A stretch of 62,412 nt of DNA, filler included, from an uncultured Planctomycetales bacterium (GTDB lineage Bacteria > Omnitrophota > Gorgyraeia > Gygaellales > Profunditerraquicolaceae), in NCBI GenBank assembly GCA_964487475.1. It is 5 parts of 5 records of this genome, joined end to end, with 100 filler letters (N's around TTAATTAATTAA, not from the genome) between each part and the next. Parts side by side here need not be neighbours in the genome. Positions count along the whole stretch, not along the records: positions 32,048 to 46,654 come from CAZAPM010000024.1; 4 more parts are not named here. One strand, given 5' to 3'. Below the pieces are notes generated by a model. That model did no database searches. It saw nothing but the letters and a program-made list of their open reading frames with translations, and was not told the DNA's origin. The position numbers and the translations under genes are program-made. The first letter of the stretch is position 1. Every line of letters begins with the position of its first letter. Positions 32,768 through 42,836 of this stretch are shown here, piece by piece.

Positions 32768-34114
32768 AGCGATAATATCTTCAGCTGCGGCTATTCCTCC
32801 CTCCAGTGCCTGATGCTGTCCGTTGAAGGTGAAACATCCGCTCCTGCCGATGACCCGAAGGTTGCGAAAACCCGCGAGATAGGAGAGTACCGTCCTCCTG
32901 TGTCCCTGATAGGCGAGGTCGTAAAGGGGATACGCGAAACGCTCCCGGTGTACGAACGCCCCCGTAATATCCGCCTCTTTCAACGCCCAGATCTTCTTTA
33001 TCCACGGCATACTGAGGGCGGAGAGCTTTTCGGCGCCGGCATTCCATACCGCGTCCTGTTCCCGGCAGAAGAATTCGATCGAGAGGGAGGTTTTTCCGGG
33101 GGGTGACATGCGGGAGCTGAAATTTCTCGATTCGGTGATCCTGCCGAAGGGGACTTCCTTTCCGGGAAAGTAAACCCACTGGTCGGGGAACACCGAGGGC
33201 TTGCCGATCGTAAGGAATAACAGGACGTGGGATCGGAAATGCAGGTGTTGGGCGGCCTGCAGTACCTCTGCGGGCGCCGGAGGATCGAGAAGGGTGATCA
33301 GTTCCGTGACCGGGATCGATGAGATGAGGTGCCCGGGCCGCAGCGTATCGGTATTCCCGTGTTTGGGTACGGTGATCTCGACTATCGCGCCTGAGTCGTG
33401 GACGATGCGGGCAGGAACGCTATTGAACGAAAAACAAGCGTCCGGGATAGTACGTCGCATCGCGTCATAGATGCTTCCCGCCCCAAGTTCGGGGTACAGG
33501 AGCCGGTCAAGGCGCGAAGCGTCTCCCCGTCCTTTCCGCAGCAGGATGTTCCTGATCAGAGTGACGAGGGAGAGGTCCGTGGTCCTTTCCTGGGCCCAAT
33601 CGACCGAGATCTCGCTCGCCGGTAATCCGAGGATCTTCTCGGTATAACCGATCAGCATGAGGTCAGCCAGCGTTTTGCCGAACCTCGAGAGCGCATACTC
33701 CTCGAATGATCTTTGCGGTTCCCGCGGGCGTTTCCTCCGAAAAGCCAGCCGGGCGCATTCAAGTGCGATGCGGGCGGTTTTCGCGATCCCTAAGTTCGAG
33801 AGCGCCTGCGGTATCTTGATCTCCGGGTAGGGGAAGAATTTCCCGTCGGACCATATCCTCGTCAGCTCAGGTATGCCCTTTAAGCGGCAACCCGCCGTTT
33901 CTTCGACGAAGCGCAGCGTTCCCTGGTTCTTGCCGTAGTACACATGCGGGCCGATGTCGGTCCGGAAATCCCCGTACTCCAGGGTGCGGGATAAGCCTCC
34001 TACCCGGTCGGTCTTTTCGATGATCCCGACCGCCCTCCGGGCATTGTGCAGCGTGAGCGCCGCGGCGAGTCCGGACGGTCCCGCTCCCAAAATGATGGTC
34101 TGACGTTCTTCCAT
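32747..34114 (-). CDS. FAD-dependent oxidoreductase (protoporphyrinogen oxidase/UDP-galactopyranose mutase-like)
   Basis: GAGPSG dinucleotide motif, VGGLSRT, DIGPH, W.YFP, AYPLY, GR.G.F. Confidence 0.85.
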   Translation of the reverse strand: MEERQTIILGAGPSGLAAALTLHNARRAVGIIEKTDRVGGLSRTLEYGDFRTDIGPHVYYGKNQGTLRFVEETAGCRLKGIPELTRIWSDGKFFPYPEIKIPQALSNLGIAKTARIALECARLAFRRKRPREPQRSFEEYALSRFGKTLADLMLIGYTEKILGLPASEISVDWAQERTTDLSLVTLIRNILLRKGRGDASRLDRLLYPELGAGSIYDAMRRTIPDACFSFNSVPARIVHDSGAIVEITVPKHGNTDTLRPGHLISSIPVTELITLLDPPAPAEVLQAAQHLHFRSHVLLFLTIGKPSVFPDQWVYFPGKEVPFGRITESRNFSSRMSPPGKTSLSIEFFCREQDAVWNAGAEKLSALSMPWIKKIWALKEADITGAFVHRERFAYPLYDLAYQGHRRTVLSYLAGFRNLRVIGRSGCFTFNGQHQALEGGIAAAEDIIASKKSCP

Positions 34115-34120
34115 AGTGGT

Positions 34121-35947
34121 TTAAGGTATCTGATTGTAGCCCAGTCTGTACAGGAAGACTGTCGGGCCGAAATCGCCCGCCTGCACAAAATGGTCCCGGA
34201 TATACTTCATGATGGCGCGGTTCTCCGGTTCGATGCCGAGAAAGGTGGCTTCAGGCCAGAGTATCATGACCCAGATGACCCCTTTACGTTCATGCACGCG
34301 GTCGAAGAACTCCTTTTCCGAAACTTCCGTCTTCACGGGGTATTTGCGGATGTAGAAACGGGAGGTGAAGATCCTGCTGCTTTCCGGAGCGATGCTCAGG
34401 CAATAGATGGTATCGTTCTCGCGGGCCAGGCGCTCTATGGTGCGGGCGCAGTTCTTGAAATCCTGCTCGCAGGGGTGATTTAAGTATCCGATGAGGCCGG
34501 GCAGCTGGAGGGTGAAGAGCAGGGCCAGGAGGGAAATGAAGATGAGGGGCCGCATCCTTTCCCGGGAGACCTTCGAGATGACGCTGCTTCCGTGGACGGC
34601 TCCGATCACCAGGAAGGGAAGGATGAAGATGCAATACCGCACGTCGACATAGCGCAACGTGGCCCGCATCAGGGCGAGAGGAAGTACGACCATGGCCAGG
34701 AAATAATACCCGGTCAGTATCCGGCCGCGCGCGAAGAGGTGGATCAGGCCGATCGAAAAAAGCAGTGCGTACAAATACGCGTATTCGCCGCCGGGAGAGT
34801 TCGTGGCGATCATGCCGAGGTGGCCGAGGGAGAGGAGGGGGATGCCTTTATTGGTGAACTGTGTATTGAGTATCTGGTTGAAAAGTGCTTTGAAGACCAG
34901 CGGGCCATAGAGCAGGAACGCCGCGAGGATCCCGCACAAGAGCGCGGTCAGCGAGTCGCTGAGCGTGATCCCGCCGGCCGCAACCACCGGACGCTTTGTC
35001 AGCCGTCTGAACAGTATGATCGAACAAAGGAAAATGAACTGCATCCCCAGGGGGATCAGATAGAAGAAATGGTTGTATACTCCCAGCGCCGCGGTGGCCC
35101 CGAAGAGGAAGACGTACTTTTTCGGAGGCGGCTGCCGGGGATCAAGGAGGATCCTGAAAAGCAGCAGGGACGAGACCAGGACGAAGAAGACCATCCCCAC
35201 GTATCCCCGCGCCTGATCGCTGTACAGTACATGATACCCGGCGAACGTCAGGATGAGCGATGCGCCGAGGGCCTCCTGCGCCGAAAAAAAATCCTTGGCG
35301 AACCGGTAGAGCAGGGGGATGGCGGCGACCCCGAGCAAAAAGAAGGGCAGTCGGATGATCGTTTCATGGGCGCCGAATATCCTGAATAAGGGCAGGGAGA
35401 TGAGGGTGCAAAGCCGGTGGTCTCCCAGCCCGGTGGGGAAGTAACGCCAGAAGCCGAACGGATTGAGGAATACCTCGAATATGGCGATCTCGTCGTGCCA
35501 GAAGGACTGGGGGAGCTTTATCGCCCGTAGGTACGCGCCGATAAGCACGAGTGCGGCGAGCGCGATGGTGTACCCGGCAGGGGTGCGTTGCCGGTTTTTC
35601 GGCGCTTCGACCGGCGTTTCTTCTGCCGCGCGCTGCGGCTCGCGTTTTTCCCGTAAAAGCCCATTCCAGAGCCAGGCAAAGGAGCATGCCGCCGCGCCTA
35701 ACGGCAATACGTACCAGCGCAGGCGTAAGAGCTCCGTTGAGACGGCCTCAAAGGTGTGCGGATCGCGGATATGGCCTGTTTTGGAGAAGGCGGGAACGAT
35801 CAGGACGACACAGTAATTGACGAAGGCCGCCAGTGTGTGCAGGGAAAAGATACCCAGACATCCTAAGGCGAGAAGCAGTATCCCGAGCGAAAGGAAGCAG
35901 AGGATGAAAAATCTGGTCAGGTATCGGTGTCCGGGCCGGAAAATCAT
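34121..35947 (-). CDS. GT-C membrane glycosyltransferase (PMT/ArnT-like)
   Basis: Polytopic membrane protein; SFWHDE, RLP, YS..ARGY motifs. Confidence 0.82.
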   Translation of the reverse strand: MIFRPGHRYLTRFFILCFLSLGILLLALGCLGIFSLHTLAAFVNYCVVLIVPAFSKTGHIRDPHTFEAVSTELLRLRWYVLPLGAAACSFAWLWNGLLREKREPQRAAEETPVEAPKNRQRTPAGYTIALAALVLIGAYLRAIKLPQSFWHDEIAIFEVFLNPFGFWRYFPTGLGDHRLCTLISLPLFRIFGAHETIIRLPFFLLGVAAIPLLYRFAKDFFSAQEALGASLILTFAGYHVLYSDQARGYVGMVFFVLVSSLLLFRILLDPRQPPPKKYVFLFGATAALGVYNHFFYLIPLGMQFIFLCSIILFRRLTKRPVVAAGGITLSDSLTALLCGILAAFLLYGPLVFKALFNQILNTQFTNKGIPLLSLGHLGMIATNSPGGEYAYLYALLFSIGLIHLFARGRILTGYYFLAMVVLPLALMRATLRYVDVRYCIFILPFLVIGAVHGSSVISKVSRERMRPLIFISLLALLFTLQLPGLIGYLNHPCEQDFKNCARTIERLARENDTIYCLSIAPESSRIFTSRFYIRKYPVKTEVSEKEFFDRVHERKGVIWVMILWPEATFLGIEPENRAIMKYIRDHFVQAGDFGPTVFLYRLGYNQIP

Positions 35948-35953
35948 CAATTC

Positions 35954-35981
35954 ATTATAGCGTAAAACTATCGGAATTCAA
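35954..35981 (-). promoter_or_regulatory. Putative sigma70 promoter, leaderless geometry
   Basis: Minus strand TTGAAT-N16-TATAAT, 6 nt before ATG 35947; no Shine-Dalgarno. Confidence 0.55.
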
Positions 35982-36029
35982 CCGGCGACTGCGTGGTAAG
36001 CGGGCATTAGGTGATTGCGATCAAATGAG

Positions 36030-36058
36030 TTGCGAGCGCATTTTTTTTAAGCTACAAT
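36030..36058 (+). promoter_or_regulatory. Putative sigma70 promoter, leaderless geometry
   Basis: TTGCGA-N17-TACAAT, 6 nt before ATG 36065; no Shine-Dalgarno. Confidence 0.6.
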
Positions 36059-36064
36059 GAAAAA

Positions 36065-37810
36065 ATGAGACCGTTAGTTTCAATACTTGTCCCTGCCCGT
36101 AACGAAGCGCTTCGTCTTGCCGGGTGTTTAACCTCCCTTACACGCCAGTCGTATTCCCCCTTAGAGATCATCGTGATCGATAATGCGAGTACTGATGATA
36201 CGGCACGGGTCGCCGCATCCTTTGCCGATAAAGTGATCTCCGAGACAAGGCCCGGTATCGCGTATGCCAAAAACGCAGGGATCGCATCGGCCCGGGGAGA
36301 GTTCATTGCGACCACCGACGCCGATTGTACGGCCGATCCGCGATGGATCGAGGAGCTCGTTTCTCTCTTCGACGATCCCGCGGTGGCCTCTGTGGGGGGG
36401 GCGAATCTTCTGCCGCCCCAGGCCGGCCGTTTTGAGCGGTGTGTCGATGCGCTTTTACGATTTCTCAGTGTGCCGGCCAATTCGCGTTACCTGCAGCAAG
36501 GCAGCGCTCCGGCAGATACTATCCATAATCCGGGGTGTAACGCGATGTACCGCCGTGCAGCCCTGCAGGAGGTCGGCGGGTTCGACGAATCGATGGAAAC
36601 CGTCGAGGATGAGGAGCTTGATTGGCGTTTAATCCGGAGAGGATCCCGCATCCGTTTCAATCCCCGGGCGCGCGTGTTCCACGACCGGCGTTCGACCTGG
36701 AGGGGGGTCGCCAGGCAGATATACCGCTTCGGGATCGGGAGGGGGCAGTTCTTCCGGAAGTATCCCCGGTTCGCACAACTGGTCCGGTTCCTCCCGCCGG
36801 TCATCACGCTGGCGTGGATCGTGTCCGGCCTTGCTGCCATGGCGTTTTCCCTGCTCCTTAGGCCTTTTCTTTGGGCGACCCTATGTTCGGCGGTGGCTGT
36901 CTTTTGTATCGCTTTCGTATTGAGCTTGCGTACCGGGATCCGCGATCTATTCCGCTATACCGGGTTATTCGCGGTGGTCTGGTGCTCGTGGAGCTGGGGG
37001 ATCCTGCGCGGCCTGTGGTATGAAAAAAAGGGGAGCGCTTCCCGGGCCGCTTCGGCAGAAGGGGTGACCCAGGCGAATAAGATCTTCTTCAATGATACCG
37101 CAGCCAGTTATGAGCGGATCAACCAGAGGGTGATCTCTGACAGTGACTGGTATTTCCGCGGCATCCTGGATACCCTCAGGAAGAGCGCTCCTTCAGGCGG
37201 GTTCCTTGATGTGGGCTGCGGCACAGGGGCGATGCTGGACCGGGCCCGGACTTATTTTTCCCCCGTGGTAGGGATCGATATCGCGGTCAATATGCTTAAG
37301 CCGGTATCGGCCTCGGCGCGTGTCCTTTGTGCGGATGCGTACGCCCTGCCGTTCAAAGCGGGGACGTTCGGCGTGGCGAGCTGCCATGCCGCGCTGCATC
37401 ATTTCTTCGATTATGGGCTCGTGCTCAAGGAGATCTCCCGCGTGCTTGCGCCGGGTGGGGTCTTATATATCGATCATGAGATAGACAGCGGTTTCCTGAG
37501 GCGTTTTCGGCCGTTGATGGCCCTTTACCGCAGCGTATGGGGGATGGATAAGCGTTACAAGGCAGTGTGCGCAACGGCGGATATCGAGCAGTTCCGTTTG
37601 GCGGAGTATCATACGCTGACGAAAGAAGGGGTTTCGATGGAGGCGCTTATCCGGGAGCTGGAAAAGGCGGGGTTTACGGTCCAGACGCAAAGGCGCCATT
37701 GCTGGGGCATCAGCGCGAGTACGAACAGTCTCTTCCGCTTCTTGCGGGTGAAGAGGTTCTGGCAGCCGGTCTCGCCGTTTTGCATGATCCTGGCTAAGAA
37801 GGAGCGTTGA
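36065..37810 (+). CDS. GT2 glycosyltransferase fused to class I SAM-dependent methyltransferase
   Basis: N-terminal VSILVPARNE, TDAD, GGFDE, EDEEL; three hydrophobic helices; C-terminal LDVGCGTG, GIDI, ADA..LPF, RVL.PGG. Confidence 0.88.
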   Translation: MRPLVSILVPARNEALRLAGCLTSLTRQSYSPLEIIVIDNASTDDTARVAASFADKVISETRPGIAYAKNAGIASARGEFIATTDADCTADPRWIEELVSLFDDPAVASVGGANLLPPQAGRFERCVDALLRFLSVPANSRYLQQGSAPADTIHNPGCNAMYRRAALQEVGGFDESMETVEDEELDWRLIRRGSRIRFNPRARVFHDRRSTWRGVARQIYRFGIGRGQFFRKYPRFAQLVRFLPPVITLAWIVSGLAAMAFSLLLRPFLWATLCSAVAVFCIAFVLSLRTGIRDLFRYTGLFAVVWCSWSWGILRGLWYEKKGSASRAASAEGVTQANKIFFNDTAASYERINQRVISDSDWYFRGILDTLRKSAPSGGFLDVGCGTGAMLDRARTYFSPVVGIDIAVNMLKPVSASARVLCADAYALPFKAGTFGVASCHAALHHFFDYGLVLKEISRVLAPGGVLYIDHEIDSGFLRRFRPLMALYRSVWGMDKRYKAVCATADIEQFRLAEYHTLTKEGVSMEALIRELEKAGFTVQTQRRHCWGISASTNSLFRFLRVKRFWQPVSPFCMILAKKER

Positions 37811-38937
37811 TGGGATATCTTTCTTCGTTCACGAAGTACCTTTTCAACCGGCGCGTCGCCGGCGCTCCGATCGCGGTGTACCTCCTGGTCATCGACCGGT
37901 GTAATCAGCATTGCCTGATGTGCAATGTATGGCAGGGCCTGCAGGCGGTGCCGCAGCAGGAGTTGCTTACGACGGAAGAGATCATGCGCCTGATCGATGA
38001 TCTGTCCCGCTCCGGGGTCAAGATGCTGCTTATCTCCGGGGGGGAGCCCCTGCTGCGCAAGGATATCCTGGAGATCGTGGTATATGCCAGGAAGAAGATC
38101 CCGTACGTGCGGTTGCACACCAACGGCATGCTGGTGGACGAGGCGCTGGCGGAAGCGCTCGCGAGGTCGGATATCGACGATATCTGGATCTCCCTGGACG
38201 GCGTGGGCCACACCTATGACGTCATCCGCGGGAAGCCGGGGGCTTTTGCCGCGATGGCCAAAGGGGTCGAAAACCTTAATGCGGCGATACGGAAATACTC
38301 CCCGCGCGCGCCGGGGCTGATGTTCAACTGCGTCGTTTCCCGGCACAATCTCGGCGAGGTCGTCGAAGTGTGCCGGTGGGCGGTCGAGCACGGCGCGGAG
38401 GAGCTGCTTTTCCACCGGGTCACGGATGCGGATCCGGCGCTGGTCGATAAGACGCAGGGGCAGATCGGCGCGCCCGCGCTTTATTCGAAACAGTTCACTT
38501 CCCAGGGGAAGCTGGTGGACCTGCCGCTTCGCATCGAACCCGCTGCGCTCCGGGAGATCGAGTCGATGTGCCGGCGCGCGGACGTCACGCTTTTCATCGA
38601 CCCGCTTTTGCGCAGCGGCAAGCCGGAGCGGCCGCTTTGTCGCTGCCTCCTCATATGGCTGGACGCGATGATCCTTCCCGATGGAAGCGTGGTCCCCTGT
38701 CAGATGTTCGACCGGCTGCGGGTGGGGAATATCCGGCAGAAGGGGCTCGTGGAGATTTGGAACGGCGAGGAGATGCAGCGGTTACGCCGGGAGGTTAAGA
38801 CGCTCGGCTTGTGCCGTCTTTGCTGCAATACCCGCCGAACTTTGTTCGATCAGTTGAGGAGCCCGACTAATTTCAAGCGGATCCTGCTTTCCCGCAAGGT
38901 GCGGGCGGCACTGATGAAACGCCGGGCGAAAGGTTGA
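37810..38937 (+). CDS. Radical SAM protein with SPASM/twitch domain
   Basis: CNQHCLMC, ISGGEP, TNG, ISLDG; C-terminal C...PDG.V.PC...GNI; TGATG overlap with the upstream stop. Confidence 0.9.
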   Translation: MGYLSSFTKYLFNRRVAGAPIAVYLLVIDRCNQHCLMCNVWQGLQAVPQQELLTTEEIMRLIDDLSRSGVKMLLISGGEPLLRKDILEIVVYARKKIPYVRLHTNGMLVDEALAEALARSDIDDIWISLDGVGHTYDVIRGKPGAFAAMAKGVENLNAAIRKYSPRAPGLMFNCVVSRHNLGEVVEVCRWAVEHGAEELLFHRVTDADPALVDKTQGQIGAPALYSKQFTSQGKLVDLPLRIEPAALREIESMCRRADVTLFIDPLLRSGKPERPLCRCLLIWLDAMILPDGSVVPCQMFDRLRVGNIRQKGLVEIWNGEEMQRLRREVKTLGLCRLCCNTRRTLFDQLRSPTNFKRILLSRKVRAALMKRRAKG

Positions 38938-38943
38938 AAGAGC

Positions 38944-39930
38944 ATGCGGTTCCCTGATGCGCTGAGGATAGGGGTGGCGGTAGCCGGGGCGAGGGTCCTG
39001 GGGCGCAGGGTGCCGTTCTTCGTCACCTTGTGCGTGACCAACCGCTGCAATCAGCGGTGCACCTATTGCGGATTCCCTTTGCGCGACCAGCAGGAGCTTA
39101 CCACCGGGCAGATCGGGGAGATCATAGACGGGCTGGCCAGGCTGGGCACCCGCAGGATCGTGCTTTTAGGGGGGGAACCGATGCTGCGCGAGGATATCGG
39201 CGCGCTTATCGGGCATTGCGGGAAGCGAAGGATACTTTGCGCGATGACCAGCAACGGCAGCTTTATTTCCGAGCGTATCGCCGAATTGCGCGGATTGGAG
39301 CAGCTTGACTTAAGCCTTGACGGAGGCAGGCAGGCGCACGACCGCAACCGCGGGCAGGGGTCCTTCGACAGGGTGATACGCGCTGCGGAAGCCGCGCGTG
39401 CGGCGAAGATCCCGCTGCAGTTTTGCGCGATGCTCACTCCGGAGAGCATCGGCGAATTGGATGAGCTCATGCGGCTGGCCCGCCACTACCGGTGCATGGT
39501 CGCGGTCGATTTCCCTTACCGGCCGCAGGGACTTTCTCCGGAGGCGAACTACGTGGAGGTCGATGCCGCCGTGTACCGCGACGCGGTCGGGAGGATCATC
39601 GCGCTGAAGCGCAGGGGAGAGCCGGTGCTATTTTCCGTGAAGGCCTATCAGGCCGGCCTGGACCGGCCCTTTAAGGGCCCCCGGTGTCTGGCAGGCAGGT
39701 CCTTCGGGTTCATCGATACGAACGCCGATCTCTATCCTTGCGTGTCCGCGGTAGGAAGGGAAAAGGCCCTTAATTGTCTGCGGGACGGGGTGAAGGCGGC
39801 CTGGGATTTCGCCGGCCGGCATTCCTGCAGTGAGTGTATCGTTAGATGCCAGGTGGAGATGAATTATCTCTTTGCGCTTGATTTGGGAGTGATCGCCAGT
39901 ATGGTGCGCAATATAAGGAAAAGGGGATAG
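38944..39930 (+). CDS. Radical SAM protein with SPASM/twitch domain
   Basis: CNQRCTYC, GGEP, SLDG, CLAG...D.YPC...CSECIVRC. Confidence 0.9.
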   Translation: MRFPDALRIGVAVAGARVLGRRVPFFVTLCVTNRCNQRCTYCGFPLRDQQELTTGQIGEIIDGLARLGTRRIVLLGGEPMLREDIGALIGHCGKRRILCAMTSNGSFISERIAELRGLEQLDLSLDGGRQAHDRNRGQGSFDRVIRAAEAARAAKIPLQFCAMLTPESIGELDELMRLARHYRCMVAVDFPYRPQGLSPEANYVEVDAAVYRDAVGRIIALKRRGEPVLFSVKAYQAGLDRPFKGPRCLAGRSFGFIDTNADLYPCVSAVGREKALNCLRDGVKAAWDFAGRHSCSECIVRCQVEMNYLFALDLGVIASMVRNIRKRG

Positions 39931-39934
39931 ATTG

Positions 39935-41320
39935 ATGCGCCTCGCGTTGGTCAGTCCGCCCTATGTCGCCGATTATATGCGTAACGGCCGCTGCGATTAT
40001 GTTTCCTGGTCGAGCACGCAGTGGTATCCCATCTGGCTGGCTACCTGCGGCGCCCTTCTGGAGAAGCACGGGCAGGATGTTTTTTTCCTCGATGCTCCGG
40101 CGCAGAGGCTTTCCTTCGAGGAGGCTTTACGGAAGGTGATTGAAGCCGCTCCGGAAGCGGTCATCGTGTACGGATCGACATTGAGTTATGAGAGCGACCT
40201 CCGCTTTGCGCAGCGCATCAAAGAAGCGACCGGCGCGCAGATCGTCTTCGTCGGTCCGTATGTGTCCCTCGATCCGCAGGCGCTTCTTGCGGCCTCTTCA
40301 AGCGTCGATGCTGCCGTGCGCGGCGAATTCGAATATCCGGTCCTGGAGATCGCGCAAGGCAAGCCTCTGGCCGAGGTGCGGAATCTCGTCTGGAGGCAGG
40401 GGGGAGAGGTGCGCGTCAACCCGGTGCGTCCCGCGTTGACCGGGCAGCAGCTCGACGAGCTTCCTTTCGTCACCGATTTTTACCGGCGGCACCTGGATCT
40501 TACGCGTTACCGGGTCCCTTCGGAATGGTACCCGTTCGTCGACCTTTTTACCGGCCGGGGGTGTCCCTGGGGGCATTGTACCTTCTGCTTGTGGCCGCAT
40601 ACGTTCACCAAAGGATCGTATTATGCGGCGCGCAGCGTGCAGAACGTGGTGGAGGAGATGCGCTCAGTCCGGCGATCCATGCCGCGGGTCCGTCAGGTCT
40701 TTTTCCAGGACGATGCGCTCTCGCGGGAGCGCGCGGTCGAACTTTCCGCGGGGATCCTGGACGCGGGCCTGGACCTGCCTTGGGGATGCTACGTCAGGGG
40801 GGATCTCGATGAAGAGGCCCTTACGCTGATGCGCCGCGCCGGCTGCCGCACCCTGCACGTGGGATATGAATCGGGAAGCGAAGAGGTGTTGAAACACATC
40901 GCCAAAGGGGTGAGCCGGCAAAAGATGAGCGAGTTTACCGCAAGCGCCCATCGTGTCGGCCTGCGCATCCACGGGGATTTCCTTTTCGGACTTCCCGGCG
41001 ATACCGTCGAGAGCATCCGGGAGACCATTGCCTGGGCAAAAACCCTCGATCCGGAGACCGCCCAATTCCTCATCCCGCGGCTGTATCCGCACACTCCGTT
41101 ATACGAACATCTCGCGCGTCACGGGTTCATCCGCAACGGCCAGCCGGAGTATCCGCAGCTTCCGGCTGCGCGGATACTTGAGCTGGTCCGGGAGGCGTAC
41201 TTCGCGTTTTATTTCCGGCCCGGGTTCTTCGTAAAAGCGATGACGCAACCGCAGGAGTATCTTTTCCCGCGGTGTGCCGCCATCGGTAAAATGATGCACC
41301 GGCTTATGTTCCGGTCATAG
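39935..41320 (+). CDS. B12-binding radical SAM protein (HpnJ-like)
   Basis: WYPIWLA, GP.VS, RGEFE, RGCPWGHCTFCLWP, FQDD, GYESG, F.FGLPGDT. Confidence 0.88.
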   Translation: MRLALVSPPYVADYMRNGRCDYVSWSSTQWYPIWLATCGALLEKHGQDVFFLDAPAQRLSFEEALRKVIEAAPEAVIVYGSTLSYESDLRFAQRIKEATGAQIVFVGPYVSLDPQALLAASSSVDAAVRGEFEYPVLEIAQGKPLAEVRNLVWRQGGEVRVNPVRPALTGQQLDELPFVTDFYRRHLDLTRYRVPSEWYPFVDLFTGRGCPWGHCTFCLWPHTFTKGSYYAARSVQNVVEEMRSVRRSMPRVRQVFFQDDALSRERAVELSAGILDAGLDLPWGCYVRGDLDEEALTLMRRAGCRTLHVGYESGSEEVLKHIAKGVSRQKMSEFTASAHRVGLRIHGDFLFGLPGDTVESIRETIAWAKTLDPETAQFLIPRLYPHTPLYEHLARHGFIRNGQPEYPQLPAARILELVREAYFAFYFRPGFFVKAMTQPQEYLFPRCAAIGKMMHRLMFRS

Positions 41321-41330
41321 AGGGGTGATC

Positions 41331-42803
41331 ATGGGACAAGAACGCGAAGCGCGCGGTCTTTCGGAGCGGTTCTGGGCGGCTGTGGTGTTCGTCATGGCCG
41401 CGGCCGTAGGTTTGTGTACGCTCGGAAAGCCCCTTCATTTTGACGAGGCGGTGCAGATATATATTGTCCGGCAGCCCTTGGAGACGCTGTTTTCCCTTGT
41501 GCTCAACAGGTTCGGGGGCGGACAGATGCATTTGTCAGGGTTCATCATGCATTTCCTGTACGCGGTATCCTCACACGCGATATTCCTGCGCGTGAGTATG
41601 CTGGGTTTTTACCTGGCGGGACTGTTCGTCCTCTACCGGGTCCTGCGCCGGATCACCAACTACGCCGATGCACTGGCCGCGGTAGCCCTGGTGGCCCTCT
41701 CCGAACAGTATATCCTCCGCTGCGCGGAGCTTCGGGCGTATTCGATGTGGCTGTGCTTCTGTATGCTCTCGGTATATTGCTTTGTCCGGCTCCTGAGCGC
41801 TCCTTCTTCCCGCTGGTATGCGGCCTGGGCAGCGGCCAGCCTGCTTATGCTCTATACCCATTATTTCGGCATGCTGATGCTGGTGGTGGAAGCGGTCGTA
41901 TGGCTGCTTTTCTTCAGGCCGTTACGCCTGCGGCCCGCGCCGTTTCTTGCAGCCGTCGGGTCCATGGCCCTTGCCGCGTTTCCCCTGAAATACTTTCTCT
42001 TCGAGTATTGCGTAAAAGAGCCCGATCAGCTGCGGTATTATTCTTATGCCAATCCGCAATGGCAGGATGTCTATGACCTTTTTTACGATTATTGCGGTCA
42101 TCCGGTGTTTATGGCATGCGCTGCTTTCCTTATTATCGCGGGGATCTTTATAGGTATCCGGACAATATCCCGAAGAAGAGACCCTTTATCGCTGGCCTTG
42201 AAATCTCTCGGGGTGTTAGGGTTCGTGCTGCCTGTGGGGGCGGTTTTTTTCCTGCGGCCATGGGGGGTATCGTTCTTCCGGGAAGAACGGTTTCTGCTGC
42301 CGTATTTCGTGTTCTTCTTCATGCTCCTTTCCTGGAGCCTGATGCGGCTGCCCCGTACGGTCAGGAAATGGTTCATCCCGGTACTGTTCTCCCTTTTGGT
42401 CGTCAACGGCGTGCGGCACGGGATCAGGATCGGGACAAAACCCGATCCGGTATCTTATACGCAGGTGGCGGCCTATATTGACGCCCATCGGCAGCCGCAG
42501 GATACGGTCGTCACGCGCAATATGTGGTCTTACCTGCAGATCTTCAATGAACTGCGCATCCCGTACGCTTTTTTGGCCGACAGGGAGGAGATCGAGAGTG
42601 CGCTTGTGTACAGGTCGATGGGTATGGACCGGGATAAATTATACCTGGGGCCGGAATCGTTGACACCCCTTACGCGCGTATGGTGCGTCGCTAAAGTGGG
42701 CGGTCCGCCGCTCCCCTGGTTTGACCGCGATCCCCGCGTGGTGCTGAAGGAGAGGACTACCATCGGCAATACAGAGATACGTCTTTATGATATAATCAAA
42801 TAA
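41331..42803 (+). CDS. GT-C membrane glycosyltransferase (PMT/ArnT-like)
   Basis: PLHFDE, ELRAY, YTHYFG, ERFL; about 10 hydrophobic helices. Confidence 0.8.
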   Translation: MGQEREARGLSERFWAAVVFVMAAAVGLCTLGKPLHFDEAVQIYIVRQPLETLFSLVLNRFGGGQMHLSGFIMHFLYAVSSHAIFLRVSMLGFYLAGLFVLYRVLRRITNYADALAAVALVALSEQYILRCAELRAYSMWLCFCMLSVYCFVRLLSAPSSRWYAAWAAASLLMLYTHYFGMLMLVVEAVVWLLFFRPLRLRPAPFLAAVGSMALAAFPLKYFLFEYCVKEPDQLRYYSYANPQWQDVYDLFYDYCGHPVFMACAAFLIIAGIFIGIRTISRRRDPLSLALKSLGVLGFVLPVGAVFFLRPWGVSFFREERFLLPYFVFFFMLLSWSLMRLPRTVRKWFIPVLFSLLVVNGVRHGIRIGTKPDPVSYTQVAAYIDAHRQPQDTVVTRNMWSYLQIFNELRIPYAFLADREEIESALVYRSMGMDRDKLYLGPESLTPLTRVWCVAKVGGPPLPWFDRDPRVVLKERTTIGNTEIRLYDIIK

Positions 42804-42836
42804 GCGGGAGTTGTTTGTGCCTAAAGGAGGTGCGCA

